DNA of 29,890 nucleotides from the IMG/VR virus record IMGVR_UViG_2778261248_000002. One strand, written 5' to 3'. Within the stretch, counting starts at the first letter, position 1. Each line of letters begins with the position of its first letter. This document shows positions 1-9,313 of the stretch, piece after piece. The stretch is from a virus. Its lineage: Duplodnaviria; Heunggongvirae; Uroviricota; Caudoviricetes. Under the pieces are notes generated by a model. It was not told the DNA's origin, did not search any database, and was given only the letters and a program-made list of their open reading frames with translations. Made by a program: the position numbers and the translations under genes.

Positions 1-1164
1 TCACTCATCATCTTCTGTTTCGTACTCCACATCAGAAAGCCTGACCTCAAGCTCCAAGGACGTCGTGAAGCCGCTATTATTCAGAAAATGTGTCACCTTA
101 GTGATTGTCCAGTCCTGCTCGTCTATGACGCGCTTAAAGCCTGACACTTTAACCGGTGTTTCCGTGTAAATATCAGCACGACCGGTAGCCAGACTGATGG
201 AGAACTCCGCAACGCCCCGTTGCAGCTTATCCCACTTCGCCTGAGCGGCGCGCATGGCCTGCGCTTTCGTGGCATATACCGTGGTCAGGGCAAAAACGTT
301 GTCAGCCTCACCGGCCATGTATTCACCTTCACGCGCTTCCGGTACTTTAGGCGCTTTCTTCTGCCTGACCGGTTTCGCTTTCGGGTGCTCCAGTGCGCGC
401 AGGTGTTTCTCTTTCTTTTTGCGTTTCAGTTTTACCTTCTGCTTTTGAGGCTTCGGGTCTTTGGTGTGTAGCCATTTTGCCGTTACACCGGTGTAGGCTC
501 CACGGTCAGCAATCGCAAAATGATGGCGGTCGCCGTCGCTGCGAGTGATGGTAATCTGCGGGATTTTTTTACCGCTGGCCGTCACCCCCTGCCCCGCTTT
601 GAGAAACAGCAGTTTTCCCATTTTTACCGACACCTCACCGCCGTTGCGTTCTGCAAGGCGGGTCAGGAATTTCGCATCAGACTCCTGCGACTGGTCGATG
701 TGCGGAATTTTAATTCCGGCCAGTGACGGAGCGACACTGGCTTCCAGCCTGTTACGGGAGGCTATCGCCTCAACAATCGCACCGAGCGTGGTGTCATGCC
801 AGGAGCCTTCACGGCGGGAATTGAGCGTCCCGCGGAAATCTGCACTCCGGGCGCGGATGGTGACCACATCCGGCGCGCCCCGGTGTTCAACCTCATCAAC
901 GGTGAATTTCCCTTTGCATACCAGGGCAAAACCTTTCCAGCCGATATACACCGTCAGGACAGCGCCACGAACCGGCAGTTCGACCTGCCCGTCGGCATCG
1001 TTCAGTTCAATATCAAGCTGGTCAGCCTCAAAGCCCCGGTTATCCGTCAGAGTCATGCTCATCAGACGGTCGCTGATATTGCCGGTAATATCCCTGCTGT
1101 CGAGCATCAGCATGTAATCCGGCGTCAGCGTACTGCCTGCATCAAATGTCAGCGCATCCAGCAT
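1..1164 (-). CDS. D: tail protein D (gpD-like)
   Basis: 387 aa ORF with TGA stop at 3..1. ATG at 1164-1162 overlaps the U stop (ATGA). Last gene of the FI-FII-E-T-U-D tail operon; length equals P2 gpD as recalled. Confidence 0.8.
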   Translation of the reverse strand: MLDALTFDAGSTLTPDYMLMLDSRDITGNISDRLMSMTLTDNRGFEADQLDIELNDADGQVELPVRGAVLTVYIGWKGFALVCKGKFTVDEVEHRGAPDVVTIRARSADFRGTLNSRREGSWHDTTLGAIVEAIASRNRLEASVAPSLAGIKIPHIDQSQESDAKFLTRLAERNGGEVSVKMGKLLFLKAGQGVTASGKKIPQITITRSDGDRHHFAIADRGAYTGVTAKWLHTKDPKPQKQKVKLKRKKKEKHLRALEHPKAKPVRQKKAPKVPEAREGEYMAGEADNVFALTTVYATKAQAMRAAQAKWDKLQRGVAEFSISLATGRADIYTETPVKVSGFKRVIDEQDWTITKVTHFLNNSGFTTSLELEVRLSDVEYETEDDE

Positions 1165-1643
1165 TATCCTGCCCCCGTCATACCCGTGAATCTGGTCGCC
1201 ATACTGCCAGTCTTACCGATGAGCGACTCCGCCTGTTTACCGATATCGCCATAAAGCGCGGCCAGTGATTCATCAACGCGGGTGAGCGACAGCGTAAAAT
1301 CAATTTTCCGGGGTGTGCCGTCTGCAAAGAAAATACTCCCTGTTTCACTCACCTTGTTGATGACATACATGCCGTAAATCATGCCGGTGCCATCCAGCAA
1401 CGGCCACGCTCGCCCCTCCTCTGCCATCAGCCTGAGCGTGGTCATCGTCAGCTTGCCGCCGGTCAGTTCGGGATAAAGCACACCGGCAAGCGTGATGTTT
1501 TCCTCGCCAACGCCGAGAAACTGGTAGGCATCCCGTTTACCGATACGGGAATTTGACGGCCAGCGATAATCTGATTCACGCTGCATGGTCTGGTGTGGCA
1601 GCGTCTGGCGCATAAAAACAAACATACCTAACGCGAGCATCAT
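1164..1643 (-). CDS. U: tail protein U (gpU-like)
   Basis: 159 aa ORF immediately downstream of the tape-measure gene; 1-nt overlap with D. Position and size match P2 gpU. Confidence 0.8.
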   Translation of the reverse strand: MMLALGMFVFMRQTLPHQTMQRESDYRWPSNSRIGKRDAYQFLGVGEENITLAGVLYPELTGGKLTMTTLRLMAEEGRAWPLLDGTGMIYGMYVINKVSETGSIFFADGTPRKIDFTLSLTRVDESLAALYGDIGKQAESLIGKTGSMATRFTGMTGAG

Positions 1644-1657
1644 TTTTCATCACCTCC

Positions 1658-4105
1658 TTAACCGTCATGCATCATGCTGGCACGGGCGCGCGCACGTTTA
1701 TCCCGCTCGTATTTTTCGAGCGCATCCTGTAACTGGCGGTCAAGCTGTGTCCCCGGCGCAGTACCACCCGTCAGGTTGATGTGATATTCGTTTTTACTCT
1801 GGTCCACATAAGAGCGGCCAGCCGGTGCCGTAACCGGCTGATAAGCCTGATAGCCTGCATAAGAGCTGGTCGCCGGAATATAACCACCGGTGCCATACGT
1901 GGCGGCATGAGTTCTGGCTGCGGTCTGGTCAAGTGTGTCTGACTCTTTGTTGATAACACCGAGTTTTTCCAGTACCCAGTCAATACCGCTGCGCAGTTTG
2001 TTGAACGCATTAAGCGGTAGCATCAACGCGTCAGCCAGTGCCTGCCCGAACATGACGCCCGTGTCACGGCAACGGTTCAGGGTGTCCTGTGTGGCTTTGA
2101 CCGGGGCAATCAGGTTTTTAAACCACTGCCACGCGGCCTGTAACTTTTCGCCCAGCCAGTCAAACACCGGCTTAAGTGGCGTGAACAGTTCCCCCACCGG
2201 CGCAAATGCCGCTTTCAGCCCTTCAACCACACCGCCAAAGAATGCGCTGACAGGCTCCCAGTATTTACGGATAAGCAACGTCCCGGCGACAATGGCAGCC
2301 ACCACGGCCACAACCGGCCAGCTAATCGCCCCGATGGCGGTCATAACAGCACTGCCAACCGTCGTGAAGATTGCCCCCATTGCGCCTGCTGCCGCGATGA
2401 TGGCATTGATGCCGGTGATAACCGGCCAGGCTACAAGACCAATGGCACCGATGATGCCAATAAGCGCCAGCGCGCCACCGACAATGAGGCCGATGGTTGA
2501 CGCCAGTGATTTGTTTTTCTGGATCCAGCCGTCGAGTTTTAACACATACTTTGTGGCCGTCTGAGTGAGCTTACGCAGTGCGCCTTCCTGCTGGTCAAAC
2601 AGGTCTGTCCCCACCGCCTCATAAGCGGACTGAAACTCCTTAAAGTCACCGCCGAGGTTATCCTGCATGATTTTAACCAGCTCTTCCGTTTTACCGTCCG
2701 AGGCTTTCAGCGTGGCGGTCAGCTTATCCAGCTTTCCGCTTGCAGCCGCTGCCAGTAAAACGTTCGCTGATTTCAGGGCTTCCTCACCAAAAATGGTTTT
2801 AAGGTATTCCCCCTTCTGAGACGTTCCCAGCTTGTGTTTATCAAAGCTGGCCTGAATCTCTTTCAGAATGGTGAACAACGGACGCATATTTCCCTTTTTG
2901 TCCGAGGTTTTAACGCCAAGCTCTTTGAGTGCTTCCCATGCTTTCCCTGTCGGAGCCTGTAATCGGGTGACAACGGCACTACTACCAGTACCCGCCATTG
3001 ACCCCCTGATGTTATTGTCATGCAGCACACCGGTCATGGCTGCTGCCTGCTCAAGACTTACACCTGCCGTTCTTGCGACCGGGCCAAGATAAGTCAGTGC
3101 ATCACTGAGTCCCTGAAAATCAGCCGCCGACTTATTCATCGTTGCCGACAACACATCGCCCACATGGCTGACATCATCATTTGACAGTTGAAAAGATGCT
3201 TTAGTCCCCAGCAACAGTTGCGCGTTTTCTTCCATCGACCGCTGATTCGCCAGTGCCATATTCAGCGTGACCGGCGTTGCCGCCTGAATAGCCGCAGCAT
3301 CTCCACCCGCTTTCGCAATGATAATCTGTGCACCGGCTGCATCATCTGCCGAGGCTGCGGTATTGTCGCCGAGCTGGCGCGCCTGTTTGCGTAGCGCGGC
3401 CATTTCGGCGGAGTCTTTTGCGACACCGAGCACAGCCTGCAATTCTGAGTTTTTCTGCGCAAACTCATAACCGGGCATCAGCAGCTTAACACCGGCCATC
3501 GTTCCCGCAGCAGCAATCCCCACACCGGCAGCGCCCACTGAGGCCATATTTCCGGCCAGTTCCTTTCCGGCCTGATAACGCTGTTTTACTGCGTTAAGTT
3601 TTGCCTGTTGCGCACTGACACGCGCCAGCGCGTCACGCTGCCGGTTAAGCTGTACGGTGGTTTCACTGATACGGTTTTTCAGCCCTCGTTCATCATGCGC
3701 CAGATTACGGGTATTAATACCCGCCTGACTCAGTTCCTGACGCTGGCGCTGTACCGACAATCTCAGGCTGTTATATTTCGCCTGTAACTCCGACACATTT
3801 TTACGCGCGGCTTCCATTGCCTTTGCCTGTGCATTTGTTGGTCGTTCAGTATTTTTAAACTGGACAGCCAGTGCTGCGGCTTCCTGTCTGGCTTTTTTCA
3901 GTTCCTGACCAGTCACGGCGAGCTGTGCACTGGTCTTGCGGAACCCCTCAATACGGGATGCCTGACCGTTCAGCTCGCGCAGTGATTTTTGTGTTTCCCG
4001 GATATCCCCCGACAGCGACTTACTCGCTGTGCGGATGGATTTAAACGGGCGGGATGCCTGGTCAACAGCCCTGAGCAATACCTGTAATTTTACATTGTTA
4101 CTCAT
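1658..4105 (-). CDS. T: tail tape measure protein (gpT-like)
   Basis: 815 aa. ATG at 4105-4103 verified. N-terminal half is Ala/Gln/Arg-rich coiled-coil-like, followed by a long Gly/Ala/Ile-rich hydrophobic segment (IGLIVGGALALIGIIGAIG...), typical of tape-measure proteins. Follows E/E' as in P2. Confidence 0.9.
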   Translation of the reverse strand: MSNNVKLQVLLRAVDQASRPFKSIRTASKSLSGDIRETQKSLRELNGQASRIEGFRKTSAQLAVTGQELKKARQEAAALAVQFKNTERPTNAQAKAMEAARKNVSELQAKYNSLRLSVQRQRQELSQAGINTRNLAHDERGLKNRISETTVQLNRQRDALARVSAQQAKLNAVKQRYQAGKELAGNMASVGAAGVGIAAAGTMAGVKLLMPGYEFAQKNSELQAVLGVAKDSAEMAALRKQARQLGDNTAASADDAAGAQIIIAKAGGDAAAIQAATPVTLNMALANQRSMEENAQLLLGTKASFQLSNDDVSHVGDVLSATMNKSAADFQGLSDALTYLGPVARTAGVSLEQAAAMTGVLHDNNIRGSMAGTGSSAVVTRLQAPTGKAWEALKELGVKTSDKKGNMRPLFTILKEIQASFDKHKLGTSQKGEYLKTIFGEEALKSANVLLAAAASGKLDKLTATLKASDGKTEELVKIMQDNLGGDFKEFQSAYEAVGTDLFDQQEGALRKLTQTATKYVLKLDGWIQKNKSLASTIGLIVGGALALIGIIGAIGLVAWPVITGINAIIAAAGAMGAIFTTVGSAVMTAIGAISWPVVAVVAAIVAGTLLIRKYWEPVSAFFGGVVEGLKAAFAPVGELFTPLKPVFDWLGEKLQAAWQWFKNLIAPVKATQDTLNRCRDTGVMFGQALADALMLPLNAFNKLRSGIDWVLEKLGVINKESDTLDQTAARTHAATYGTGGYIPATSSYAGYQAYQPVTAPAGRSYVDQSKNEYHINLTGGTAPGTQLDRQLQDALEKYERDKRARARASMMHDG

Positions 4106-4525
4106 TCGTGTTTCCGCTTCGCCGGAGCGCCTTTTCGCGCCATGTGATGAGTTCGGTCAGGCTCATGGGATACAGTTCTGATGGCGGCCAGTGAAATATC
4201 ACTGCCACATCCGCCATCAGGTCATCGACCGAGAGATTTTTCGGAAACGTCACTGCACCGAGTTCGGCGACAAAAAACCGACCACCTTACCGGCCAGCGC
4301 CACAAGGTCAGGCAGTTCCAGCGCGGCGACCTCCTGCTCGGTCAGCATCGGTGCCGTCATGCGCGGCAGCACTTTAATCAGTGCATCGACTTCGGAGTTT
4401 GCGACCGCAGCCAGACTGACACCGCGCAGCGTCCCGGCATTGGGTTTCATCAGCGTGACCTGTTCGATAACCTGTTCACCACGTTTAACCGGATTATCCA
4501 GGGTAATGACGTTTTCTTTGTTCAT
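4098..4525 (-). CDS. E': E+E' frameshift-extended tail chaperone (programmed -1 ribosomal frameshift product, about 142 aa)
   Basis: Minus-strand heptamer T-TTT-TTG (plus coordinates 4277-4271) lies in the E zero frame (GGT TTT TTG). The -1 frame from codon 4271-4269 is open for 57 codons (VAELGAVTFPKNLSVDDLMADVAVIFHWPPSELYPMSLTELITWREKALRRSGNTNE) to TAA at 4100-4098. Predicted product is 85+57=142 aa, which matches the P2 E+E' size as recalled. Translated by hand. Confidence 0.7.
4250..4525 (-). CDS. E: tail assembly chaperone E (gpE-like)
   Basis: 91 aa ORF between FII and T. Ends ...GFLSPNSVQ with TGA at 4252-4250. Contains the TTTTTTG slippery heptamer near its 3' end. Confidence 0.85.
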   Translation of the reverse strand: MNKENVITLDNPVKRGEQVIEQVTLMKPNAGTLRGVSLAAVANSEVDALIKVLPRMTAPMLTEQEVAALELPDLVALAGKVVGFLSPNSVQ

Positions 4526-4581
4526 GGTTTTCTCACTTCTGAATCGGGGTTAACCGGTCAGCCAGGCTGACCGGATGAAAA

Positions 4582-5100
4582 TCACAGGCCGATATTGCGG
4601 CGGTGTTGCTCCAGCCGGTCGACGCCGTTCACCTTCTCAATCATGTTGATGGTGTCGATTTCGACCAGCTCCTTACCGTCCATCGTCAGCCGGAAATAGG
4701 TGCAGACCACGGAGATTTTCGACTCGGTGTCTTCTCCCTGTTTACCCTCGCCGGTGTCGATTTCTTTCTGACGGCCACGCATGACCACCTCGACGGCCAC
4801 CGTTTCGCCGGTATCGTCGCGCTGGTAAGAGCCTGCAAAACGAATCGGTACGGCATCCACACCGGTTGCGGCGTAAAGCTCCCAGATAACCGAATCCGGG
4901 AAGCCCCCGAGCGACCACTCCATTGACAGCGCATCGTCATCAAGGCCGAGGTCTATCGGTGCGCTGCCGTTCATCCCCGCACCGCGATAGTTTTCGAGCT
5001 TACGGGTCAGTTTTGGCAGCGTGACGGACTTTGCAACGCCCTGATAGCTGTAGCCGTTCAGAAAGACGTTCATTAACTTGAGTTTGCGCGGCATTGCCAT
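4582..5100 (-). CDS. FII: tail tube protein (gpFII-like)
   Basis: 172 aa ORF directly downstream of the sheath gene; size and position match P2 FII. Confidence 0.9.
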   Translation of the reverse strand: MAMPRKLKLMNVFLNGYSYQGVAKSVTLPKLTRKLENYRGAGMNGSAPIDLGLDDDALSMEWSLGGFPDSVIWELYAATGVDAVPIRFAGSYQRDDTGETVAVEVVMRGRQKEIDTGEGKQGEDTESKISVVCTYFRLTMDGKELVEIDTINMIEKVNGVDRLEQHRRNIGL

Positions 5101-5112
5101 TGGTCAGACTCC

Positions 5113-6303
5113 TTAATTGCTGTTAACCGAGGTGACCAGATTTGCCAGGTATTTATCGGTAATACGCTGGCGCAGGGTCAGGTTTTCAAGAGGAGGCACC
5201 GGTGTATAGTCGTAGTCGATATACAGTTTTCCGGCCTTGAGGGTTTCCGCATCGTTGGATTCTTCGCTGAACCAGCAGGTCGCATCCACGATATAGCCGT
5301 TTGTTTTCAGCTCACGGAATTTGGCATTGATGCCGTCAACGATGTCGCGAATCAGCGTTGCGGTGATGGGCTTGTCCACCGCCCACATGTGCGCCTCAGC
5401 CATCGTGTCGGCCAGCACCTGCGCGGTGCGGGTGTAGTTTTCAAAGAGGAACAGCGGGTCATCGGAGCAGGTACGGTTACCCCAGAAGCGGAAACCGTCG
5501 CGGCGAATCAGCGTTGTGACGCCTGACTCGTTAAGCAGGTCAGCATCGGTGCCGGACTCCTGCAAATCCCAGAATACAGATGCGCTGATGCCAGTAACAC
5601 CGTTCACCCCGACGTTGGACAGCGTTTTATGCCAGCCCTGCTCCTGGTCGATTTTGGCACGCAGACCCAGCGCACGGGCGGTGGCATACGCGGTGGCGGT
5701 GGTACTGGTGACCGTATCCCATGCGAGGAAATCCGGCCAGATAACCATCAGCTCACGCTGGCTGAAATTCTGGCGGTAGGCTTTCACCTCGGAAATGGTC
5801 TTACAGCCCCATGCTCTGATATATCCGAAAGCGCGCAGCTTCTGACAGACTGATGCCAGTGCAACAGCCACCTCTTTGGTATCCAGCCCCGGCACACCAA
5901 GAATACGCGGTTTAACACCGGTTACCGACTCCGCCGCCAGCAGGGCTTTCAGTCCGGTGTACTGGCCGTTTTCGTCGGTGGTGCCGATGATATTGGAAAC
6001 GGTCTGCGCGAGCTTCGTTTCTTCGTCGTCGCCGGTTCCGTCTTCCACGCGCACGACAACGGTGACCGGTTTTGACTGGTCAGCGATGGCCTGCAACGAC
6101 GCCGCCAGCGTACCTTTTTTACCGGCCTTTGCAATTGCGCTCTGCACATTGGTAATCAGCACCGGTTTATTGAGGGGGAAGGTTTCCGCATCCGCATCGC
6201 TGGCCGTGCAGACCATGCCGACAATGGCGGTGGATACAGTGGAAATGACGCGGGTGCCGTCGTTAATCTCCAGCACCTGCACGCCATGATGATAGTCGCT
6301 CAT
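5113..6303 (-). CDS. FI: contractile tail sheath protein (gpFI-like)
   Basis: 396 aa. ATG at 6303-6301. First gene of the FI-FII-E-T-U-D operon; size matches P2 FI. Confidence 0.9.
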   Translation of the reverse strand: MSDYHHGVQVLEINDGTRVISTVSTAIVGMVCTASDADAETFPLNKPVLITNVQSAIAKAGKKGTLAASLQAIADQSKPVTVVVRVEDGTGDDEETKLAQTVSNIIGTTDENGQYTGLKALLAAESVTGVKPRILGVPGLDTKEVAVALASVCQKLRAFGYIRAWGCKTISEVKAYRQNFSQRELMVIWPDFLAWDTVTSTTATAYATARALGLRAKIDQEQGWHKTLSNVGVNGVTGISASVFWDLQESGTDADLLNESGVTTLIRRDGFRFWGNRTCSDDPLFLFENYTRTAQVLADTMAEAHMWAVDKPITATLIRDIVDGINAKFRELKTNGYIVDATCWFSEESNDAETLKAGKLYIDYDYTPVPPLENLTLRQRITDKYLANLVTSVNSN

Positions 6304-6525
6304 CCGTTTAACTCCGTGGTTAATGGGTGAGTGGTATTTTCATGTGTGCCGGAGATGTCAGGCTATTTGTCCCGGTTGGCTGATGGATGGCACAATTTAT
6401 TCTTTGTCGCTGATGAGGCGAATTTTTTATAGAGCGTGGACAGGTCAATATCAAAAATCAGCGCCACACGTTGACGTGATTCCCTCGCAGCCAGCAATCG
6501 TCCTGCCTGTTCCCACACAGTCGAT

Positions 6526-6570
6526 TATCTGGAGCACTGGAACTTGTCGAAATTTCCAGTGCTCCAGATA
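6526..6570. repeat. 16-bp perfect inverted repeat with 13-nt spacer in the G-FI intergenic region
   Basis: TATCTGGAGCACTGGA (6526-6541) and TCCAGTGCTCCAGATA (6555-6570) are exact reverse complements. Located 10 nt downstream of the G stop on the minus strand. No strong U-tract follows on either strand. Confidence 0.8.
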
Positions 6571-6579
6571 TTGAATGGC

Positions 6580-7182
6580 CTACGCCTCCGGCAGTTCAGG
6601 CCAGATAACATCAGGCGCGGTGCTGGTATCTGTTGCCGTCACAGCGTCAATGTAATCCAGCACAGCGTTAAGCCGGGTTGTTTCTGCCTGCGTCAGTTTC
6701 CGCCCGGCCTGTAATTTCAGCTGAATCAGACTAATGGAAGCCATTGCTGCATCAATCAGTGACTGGCGCTGTGCTTCTGCTGCATCTACTGCGGCGCTAT
6801 GCTGTGCCTCGGTATCCGTCACCCATTTCTCACCATCCCATTTATCGTATGGCGTTGACGGGGCGATAGTGGTTGCATTTTCAGGGTAATCACCCGGAGT
6901 TTTGATTTCTTTTGATTCACCTGTTTCGGTGCTATAGACAATTTCACCACGATGGTCTGACACATATTCCCATGATTTTAAATCCATAGAACGGCAGATA
7001 GCATAACCCGCCTTATATGTGCCAGGAGCATCTAAACAGGAATATGCCGGGATACCGACACCAACGGCAAGATATTCATTTGAAGTGGAAATATATTCCC
7101 GTGTTTCACCATCATAGTTATAGACGGTAATATTCCCCGCCTTCGTGGCAATAAGTTCGCTATTTAATACGGCTTTATCCAT
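6580..7182 (-). CDS. G: tail fibre assembly chaperone (gpG/Tfa-like)
   Basis: 200 aa ORF immediately downstream of tail fibre H, start overlapping the H stop. Position typical of Tfa. Larger than P2 G (about 175 aa as recalled). Confidence 0.8.
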   Translation of the reverse strand: MDKAVLNSELIATKAGNITVYNYDGETREYISTSNEYLAVGVGIPAYSCLDAPGTYKAGYAICRSMDLKSWEYVSDHRGEIVYSTETGESKEIKTPGDYPENATTIAPSTPYDKWDGEKWVTDTEAQHSAAVDAAEAQRQSLIDAAMASISLIQLKLQAGRKLTQAETTRLNAVLDYIDAVTATDTSTAPDVIWPELPEA

Positions 7183-8705
7183 TATGCAGCTCTCACGATA
7201 TAGTTAAATGCAATATTTCGTGGACGGGTTTCGCTCCCACCTGTGTTACCAATACTCCCTCGTGTATGTAGCGTTGGTGATGGAATCAGAGTTCCTCCGG
7301 CATCGGCAGCATCAAGCCCCCGGCCTTGCGTATATGCTCTTCTGAAGATTGTCGCCAGTTCCCATTCCTCTTTTGAATCATACCCATCGTTGGCAACAAC
7401 AATATGGCGGTGTTTTTCCAGCATCCCAGTCTGAATGCTCAATAAAGCACGTCCTGCATCAATACCACGCCCGTCATCCCATCCACGAATAAACTCACCA
7501 CGGAGATCAGGTAGTTTCCCTGATGGATATGCTGTAGCAAGATGGGGATATTTCACCTTATCAAAGGCAGCGCCGTTGCATTTCAGCCAGCCCGTTGGCG
7601 GGGTTGCGGAGGGCCACGGAACAGGTACACCAACAGGCAATGCAGAGCCTTCTCCCAAACCAAGATAATCAAGAACTCCCTGTGTGCTGGGCTTACTAAG
7701 AATTGCACGACCAACACTTGTCAGTGCAGTTAACGCGGCACGATCTACCCCTGTAAAATAAGGGAGTTTATCTGCCGCTGTAGCAAGCCCTGCCAGAGCA
7801 GTGAGTATGGCGTTTGCCGGTTGTCTTCCATTAGCCAGGTCGTATGCAGCCTTTACCGCTTTTGGCGTTGCAGCCAGTGTTTCAGATGTGCTGTTGGTTG
7901 CACTACTGAGCTGAACAAGCCCTTTTTGCGTCGTGGTGGCGTTCTGGGCGGTATATTTCCCGTTAGCCAGGTCATACGCCGCCTTGACCGCTTTTGGCGT
8001 TGCAGCCAGTGTTTCAGACGTGCTGTTTGTGGCGCTACTGAGTTGAACAAGGCCTTTTCGTGCCGTAGTCGCATCCTGAGCGGTATATTTCCCGTTAGCC
8101 AGGTCATATGCAGCCTTTACCGCTTTCGGTGTTGCGGCCAGTGTTTCAGATGTACTGTTAGTTGCACTGCTTAACTGAGTAAAACCTTTTGCGGTCAGCG
8201 AGGCGTCCGGGTGGCGTCGTGACTGTTCGTGCTCAGAAATTTTGTCATCCACATATTTACGTGTTGCCAGTACCACAGCCGGGTCGATTTTCAGCGTGAT
8301 GGCTTCGGTGTTCGTGACAACCAGAATCATGCGGATAGTCTGGGTACGACCACTGCCTTCCTGCAACTGCGGTTTGTACGTTTCCGGGCAGTTCGCCACC
8401 GCAATGAGTACGCCTTCATCATCATAAAGTCCAATCTCACGGATCCAGAATCCGCCCTCGTTTTCAGGGATGATTTGCTCCGCAATAATCTGGCTCTGAT
8501 TGTTAGGGTCAACACTCAGAAGATTCAGCGGCGCGATGCGTTTCTGGTTAATCAGTTTTGTCTGTGCCGGGTCTGGTGTCGGTAAGACACCATTCGCATC
8601 ACCAACGGCCATTTGCGTCAGATTCAGCTTACTGCCGAGCATCGTCGCGTTAGCCAGCCGTGCTGCGCCCTGATTAGTCAGAATGGCGTAGTATTTCACT
8701 GTCAT
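7182..8705 (-). CDS. H: tail fibre protein (gpH-like), mosaic
   Basis: 507 aa. ATG at 8705-8703 overlaps the I stop. Middle carries three tandem about 44-aa repeats (LSSATNSTSETLAATPKAVKAAYDLANGKYTAQ...). C-terminus carries a tail-collar-like motif set (PDLRGEFIRGWDDGRG ... GGSETRPRNIAFNYIVRA). Confidence 0.85.
   Translation of the reverse strand: MTVKYYAILTNQGAARLANATMLGSKLNLTQMAVGDANGVLPTPDPAQTKLINQKRIAPLNLLSVDPNNQSQIIAEQIIPENEGGFWIREIGLYDDEGVLIAVANCPETYKPQLQEGSGRTQTIRMILVVTNTEAITLKIDPAVVLATRKYVDDKISEHEQSRRHPDASLTAKGFTQLSSATNSTSETLAATPKAVKAAYDLANGKYTAQDATTARKGLVQLSSATNSTSETLAATPKAVKAAYDLANGKYTAQNATTTQKGLVQLSSATNSTSETLAATPKAVKAAYDLANGRQPANAILTALAGLATAADKLPYFTGVDRAALTALTSVGRAILSKPSTQGVLDYLGLGEGSALPVGVPVPWPSATPPTGWLKCNGAAFDKVKYPHLATAYPSGKLPDLRGEFIRGWDDGRGIDAGRALLSIQTGMLEKHRHIVVANDGYDSKEEWELATIFRRAYTQGRGLDAADAGGTLIPSPTLHTRGSIGNTGGSETRPRNIAFNYIVRAA
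7827..8195. repeat. three imperfect tandem repeats of about 132 bp inside tail fibre gene H
   Basis: Protein-level 44-aa unit repeated about 2.6 times (H residues 178-293). DNA copies begin near 8174, 8042 and 7910 on the minus strand and differ mainly at synonymous positions. The plus-strand ORFs 7821-8174 and 7853-8107 are artefacts of the repeat. Confidence 0.8.
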
Positions 8706-9313
8706 GCGTTTACTCTCAGGTTATCAATTAAATGAATGGCCGAGGCCGGGAAATAATCCCCTCCGACAATAATGGCCTCCGGGGTGTAGGGATAAACCGT
8801 CAGGGCGTCGCCGTGATAGCATCCCGCACCGGCAAAAATGTTGCCGGTTGTACTTAAACTGATAGCCAGTCCCGTCAGATGGCGGCTTGCAGGTTTTGCA
8901 TCAGCAACGAGACGCTCCAGCTCCTGATACATTTCCTCGGTAATACCCTGCTCAAGCACGCCAACAACGATGCGGAACGTCCCCGGCTCCTCGTTGAGCT
9001 GCCACCACTCCCTCACCTCAATCAGATAGCCGAGCGGCTCCACCACACGGCGAATCGCACCAATAGTGCCCTTATGGCAGTGAATGAAATACGCATCGCG
9101 GATAACAGCGCGTTTTGTCGCTTCCGGCCACTTATCATCCCAGCGGTCAACCGAAAATGACCACGCCAGCCACGGCAGCAGATTTGCCGGACAGGTATCC
9201 GGGTTCCACAGCTCACGAATACTGACCGGCGTTTTTTCAATTTCCGCACAGGCTCTTGCGGCGGCGACTTCAAGCGGTGATGAGCCGGTCGGCAGCAGGC
9301 GCGAATCACTCAT
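8702..9313 (-). CDS. I: baseplate protein (gpI-like)
   Basis: 203 aa. ATG at 9313-9311. Overlaps the J stop by 8 nt and the H start by 4 nt. Position between J and H as in P2. Confidence 0.8.
   Translation of the reverse strand: MSDSRLLPTGSSPLEVAAARACAEIEKTPVSIRELWNPDTCPANLLPWLAWSFSVDRWDDKWPEATKRAVIRDAYFIHCHKGTIGAIRRVVEPLGYLIEVREWWQLNEEPGTFRIVVGVLEQGITEEMYQELERLVADAKPASRHLTGLAISLSTTGNIFAGAGCYHGDALTVYPYTPEAIIVGGDYFPASAIHLIDNLRVNA

Noticed and set aside
545-1254. Plus-strand ORFs 545-1117 and 796-1254 overlapping gene D
   Set aside because: Antisense to a well-supported structural gene; no ribosome-binding sites; composition typical of shadow frames.
1935-2564. 209-aa plus-strand ORF (and other plus-strand ORFs 2868-3092, 3188-3394) inside the tape-measure gene
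   Set aside because: Antisense shadow ORFs of a long GC-rich gene; Ala/Pro/Ser-rich low-complexity translation; no SD; the minus-strand T gene fully explains the region.
6323-6574. 83-aa plus-strand ORF in the G-FI intergenic region
   Set aside because: Cys/Trp-rich translation, no SD, spans the 16-bp palindrome, and sits where the late promoter for FI is expected; judged non-coding.
7821-8174. 117-aa plus-strand ORF and 84-aa minus-strand ORF (7853-8107) with internally repeated peptides
   Set aside because: Artefacts of the tandem 132-bp repeats within tail fibre gene H; the repeats keep alternative frames open.
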